Origin: a virus
UHGV virus genome: UHGV-0391423
Length of the DNA stretch: 5,140 bases
Direction: 5' to 3' (one strand)
Part shown: positions 4,621-5,140 of the stretch, in pieces
How positions within the stretch are numbered: the first letter of the stretch is position 1
Layout: each line of letters opens with the position of its first letter
The notes under the pieces: model-generated
Database searches by the model: none
What the model saw: the letters and a program-made list of their open reading frames with translations, nothing else
Told to the model about the DNA's origin: nothing
Translations under genes and position numbers: made by a program

Positions 4621-5140
4621 TTGTTATAATTTCTCCTTTCTCTATTCTTCTTACTCTCACTCCAAAATCTCTTAGCAGAATTCCAACCATTATCTAAAAA
4701 ACGACCAACAGCTGCTCCAACTCTATTACCAAAATATTCAACATTTCCAGCAGCACCAGAACCTGGCATTCCTTTCCAAATATCACCACGTTTTTCTCTT
4801 TCTTTTAAATCCGGATTATTAGAATAAACACCAACTTCAAAATCTAATAACTGAATTTTTCTCTTAGCTTCCTCAGTAGACATTTTAATACCTTCAGCTT
4901 GTGCCTTATGCACCAAAATTCTAGCTTTACTCTCTAAAGTATTAGCTTTATTTAATTCCTGAACTGTCTTTTCAGTCAATATACCTTGCCTTTGCATTTC
5001 TGCCTCAAGTTTTAACTTCTCAGCCTTAACATCAAATATACTATTCTCATTTTGTATTGACTTTGTCTGTTCATCAATCTGTCTAGCCTGTGCATTTGCT
5101 ACCTTAGCAGAAGAAAGAGCGGTCAACCAACTAGGGTCAA
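4617..5140 (-). CDS. VP2 minor capsid / DNA pilot protein, C-terminal part. This is the 169-aa ORF of the track plus 14 nt to the window edge. It has a coiled-coil-like middle section and a Gly-rich C-terminus, and ends with a TGA stop at 4619..4617.
   Basis: The ORF track lists 4617..5126. Its leading M is really a TTG codon, which is internal once the frame is extended. Reading on through 5138..5127 and the junction codon formed by position 1 plus 5140 and 5139 (TTT, Phe) gives ...IER-F-DPSWL-TALSS... with no stop. The frame matches the 241..2 piece exactly. Confidence 0.75.
   Translation of the reverse strand, partial: DPSWLTALSSAKVANAQARQIDEQTKSIQNENSIFDVKAEKLKLEAEMQRQGILTEKTVQELNKANTLESKARILVHKAQAEGIKMSTEEAKRKIQLLDFEVGVYSNNPDLKEREKRGDIWKGMPGSGAAGNVEYFGNRVGAAVGRFLDNGWNSAKRFWSESKKNRERRNYNK

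Noticed and set aside
1-5140. Temperate or integrated element (prophage, integrase, att repeats), CRISPR array, tRNA/ncRNA genes
   Set aside because: There is no integrase-, transposase- or recombinase-like ORF. There are no terminal direct repeats and no tRNA-like cloverleaf. The repeats present are short, non-uniform and confined to the non-coding region, not a regular repeat-spacer array. Both window ends lie inside one gene that joins in frame.

Overview
The window looks like one complete, circularly closed Microviridae (gokushovirus-like) ssDNA phage genome of about 5.1 kb, linearised inside the VP2 (minor capsid / DNA pilot) gene. Every supported gene is on the minus strand, so the window is the reverse complement of the viral/mRNA-sense strand. 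Reading the minus strand from high to low coordinates, the first gene is a major capsid protein VP1 (2726-4348, 540 aa). Next is a 166-aa acidic protein with a strong RBS (2208-2708), followed by a GC-stem/T-run intrinsic terminator. An AT-rich non-coding region of about 490 nt (1714-2207) follows, carrying a perfect 12-bp G5/C5 hairpin and several direct repeats. Then comes an 85-aa ORF (1456-1713) coupled by TAATG to the rolling-circle Rep/VP4 initiator (515-1456). The Rep carries FLTLT, HFH and YxxKY motifs and an N-terminal CxxC pair. Downstream of Rep are two tandem, in-frame 32-aa hydrophobic single-TM-like peptides (362-460 and 251-349), each with an AGGTG-type SD. Neither is in the ORF track. 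Next is VP2, which starts at 241, runs off the left edge and continues in frame from 5140 down to 4617. It is a 254-aa protein with a Gly-rich N-terminus, an MSNT...AGLNP motif and a coiled-coil. A 55-aa ORF (4453-4620) overlaps the VP2 stop as ATGA. A 31-aa arginine-rich J/ORF8-like peptide (4349-4447) ends in TAG immediately 5' of the VP1 ATG. The Rep to VP2 to VP1 gene order differs from the canonical gokushovirus order. I found no tRNA, CRISPR array, integrase or transposase. The single plus-strand ORF in the track is an antisense artefact. All family assignments rest on motif recognition by eye and need confirmation by profile searches.
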